From: Mobula hypostoma
Taxonomy: Eukaryota
Assembly (NCBI RefSeq): GCF_963921235.1
Contig: NC_086098.1
Span: forward strand, 6,200,001 to 6,264,000
Reading direction: 5' to 3'
DNA: 64,000 nucleotides
This document shows, piece after piece, positions 62,456 through 64,000 of this stretch. Under the pieces are notes generated by a model that saw only the letters and a program-made list of their open reading frames with translations, made no database searches and was not told where the DNA came from. Position 1 is the first letter of the stretch. Every line of letters starts with the position of its first letter. Position numbers and translations under genes: made by a program.

Positions 62456-62774
62456 GAAGGGGATTTCATCAATTCCTTCCTTTTCCCAACCACAGCTGAA
62501 GTATGGAATCTGAAGTAAAAGCTTTGGAACTTCTTCAAAAACTGATTTGATGTGAATAAGCTGAAGGCAAATCAAATTGTAAGAAGTATGAACTCAGGGG
62601 TGTTATTTCTTTTTTGTGCCTTGGGCACCGGAGTCTACTGAGAACATAAAAAGTAAGGTAGCTATGACAAATTTCCTGCAGATAGAACATTTTCTTCCTT
62701 GGCTAGTTCTATAACTACAGGTCAGATCTTTCCCAGTAGTTTCTGCTTTGACCAATGCATCCAGAGTGACATTT

Positions 62775-63250
62775 TATACCAAAACATAAACTTTATTCAT
62801 AACGATAAAAAATTATTTACAAGGATATACAGAGCAATACATTTTGTGCAATACCACCACTGAGGAGACAATCTATTTACCTGTACTGCCTACTAATTTC
62901 AAAGACATTTTATTAACTTATTTGTAGTAATATTTTCTTTTATGTGCCGTGTGGGCGCACTGTGGTCTGGAGGAACATTGTTTCATTTCGTTGTTTATAA
63001 GTACATTCGGATGGCAATAAACTTCAACTTGAACATTGTTCCTACATTTATAGAAAAAATGTTGCGTTCTGCTACAGTCCTTAAAGCTAAAAAGGGGCTT
63101 CCTCACTCAGACTGGCCTCTCCCTCTCCAGTAGCAGAAGACCCCCACACTGTGGTCCTTTGGCACCGAGCCCTTGCGGTGACTGCACCGGGTTTCAGCGT
63201 GTTCCTCAGCACGTTGTCCTGCAGCCTGGAATGTGAGACAACCTCATTCC
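62775..63250 (-). mobile_element. Tx1/L1-clade 3' end, interrupted by a Rex1-type tail (about 62900-63035, plus)
   Basis: Minus translation SHSRLQDNVLRNTLKPGA..RTTV resembles Tx1 ORF2 termini; TTATGAATAAAGTTTATGTTTTGG tail. Confidence 0.6.
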
Positions 63251-63304
63251 TCTACAGAGTGGCATTATACCCCTCCGTTCTATCGTCTGGGATACAACAT
63301 TATT

Positions 63305-63490
63305 GCGGTGCCAGTGACCCGGAGTTAATTCCCTCCGCTGTCTGTAAGGAGTTTGTACGTTCTCCCCATGACCGCGTGGGTTTCCTCTGGGTGCTCCAGT
63401 TTCCTCCCACAGTCCAAAGGAAGATGGTTTAGTAGCTTAATTGGTCACATGGGTGTAATTAGGTGGCACGTGCTCATTCGGCTGTTACAG
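63305..63490 (+). mobile_element. HE1/V-SINE
   Basis: GCGTGGGTTTCCTCTGGGTGCTCCAGTTTCCTCCCACAGTCCAAAG. Confidence 0.8.
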
Positions 63491-63699
63491 AGCAGATTCT
63501 CAAAATGAATATTGAAGGAAAGAATTATAGACTTAATGATTTATCAAGCCACCTTTGAAATCGTGGCCCCTCGGTCAACCTTTAATTTATTTCCTCCACA
63601 TATTTGCAGTTGTGTCTTCAACTACCTGCAGCCTAAGTTCTTGAAGTCCCTCTTAAAATCTCCCTGTCTCTACACCTTTCCTTTCCTTAGGGAATAAGG

Positions 63700-63930
63700 A
63701 GAGGGAACTTTTTCACTCAGAGGGTGGTGAGAGTGTGGAATGAGCTGCCAGTGGAAATGGTGGATGTGGGTTCACATGTACTATTTAAGAGAAGCTTGGG
63801 TAGCTACACAAATGGGAGGGATTTCAAGGGATATGGTCTGAGTGCGGGTAGATGAGACTAGGCAGAGGATCAGGCCAGCATGGACTAGATGGGCCAAATG
63901 GCCTGTTTTATGGGCTGTAGTACTCTGAGC
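63700..63930 (+). mobile_element. CR1 3' end fragment
   Basis: TTCACTCAGAGGGTGGTGAGAGTGTGGAATGAGCTGCCAG. Confidence 0.8.
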
Positions 63931-64000
63931 TTGAATGTTCATATCTCTAAAACTGCATTATTTCTTTGACTTCCAGTAATTTCTCCCCCACCCGATTCTC

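Overview
Eukaryotic, repeat-saturated DNA with no recognisable host protein-coding exon; probably intronic or intergenic. The repeat set (CR1 LINEs with (CTATGTTT)n-type tails, Rex1/Babar LINEs, Penelope-like elements, HE1/V-SINEs, Tc1/mariner relics) suggests a cartilaginous fish, probably a ray or skate; this is inferred from pattern recognition only. Nearly all long ORFs are retroelement reverse transcriptase (RT) fragments or low-complexity artefacts. The most notable points are: (i) about 10 minimal type-I hammerhead ribozyme motifs in Penelope tails, several marking the point where the copy is truncated; (ii) a decayed twister ribozyme at the exact 5' end of a short RTE-derived element whose tail seeded a 27-bp minisatellite; (iii) a young Penelope element with a 10-bp target-site duplication (TSD) inserted in a V-SINE B-box, creating a chimeric 723-codon ORF; (iv) a V-SINE with five tandem tRNA-like heads; (v) an 86-bp near-perfect fold-back inside a CR1; (vi) an LTR-like insert carrying an 850-bp C-rich expansion. 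Boundaries of old fragments are approximate, and family names come from motif recognition, not database searches.
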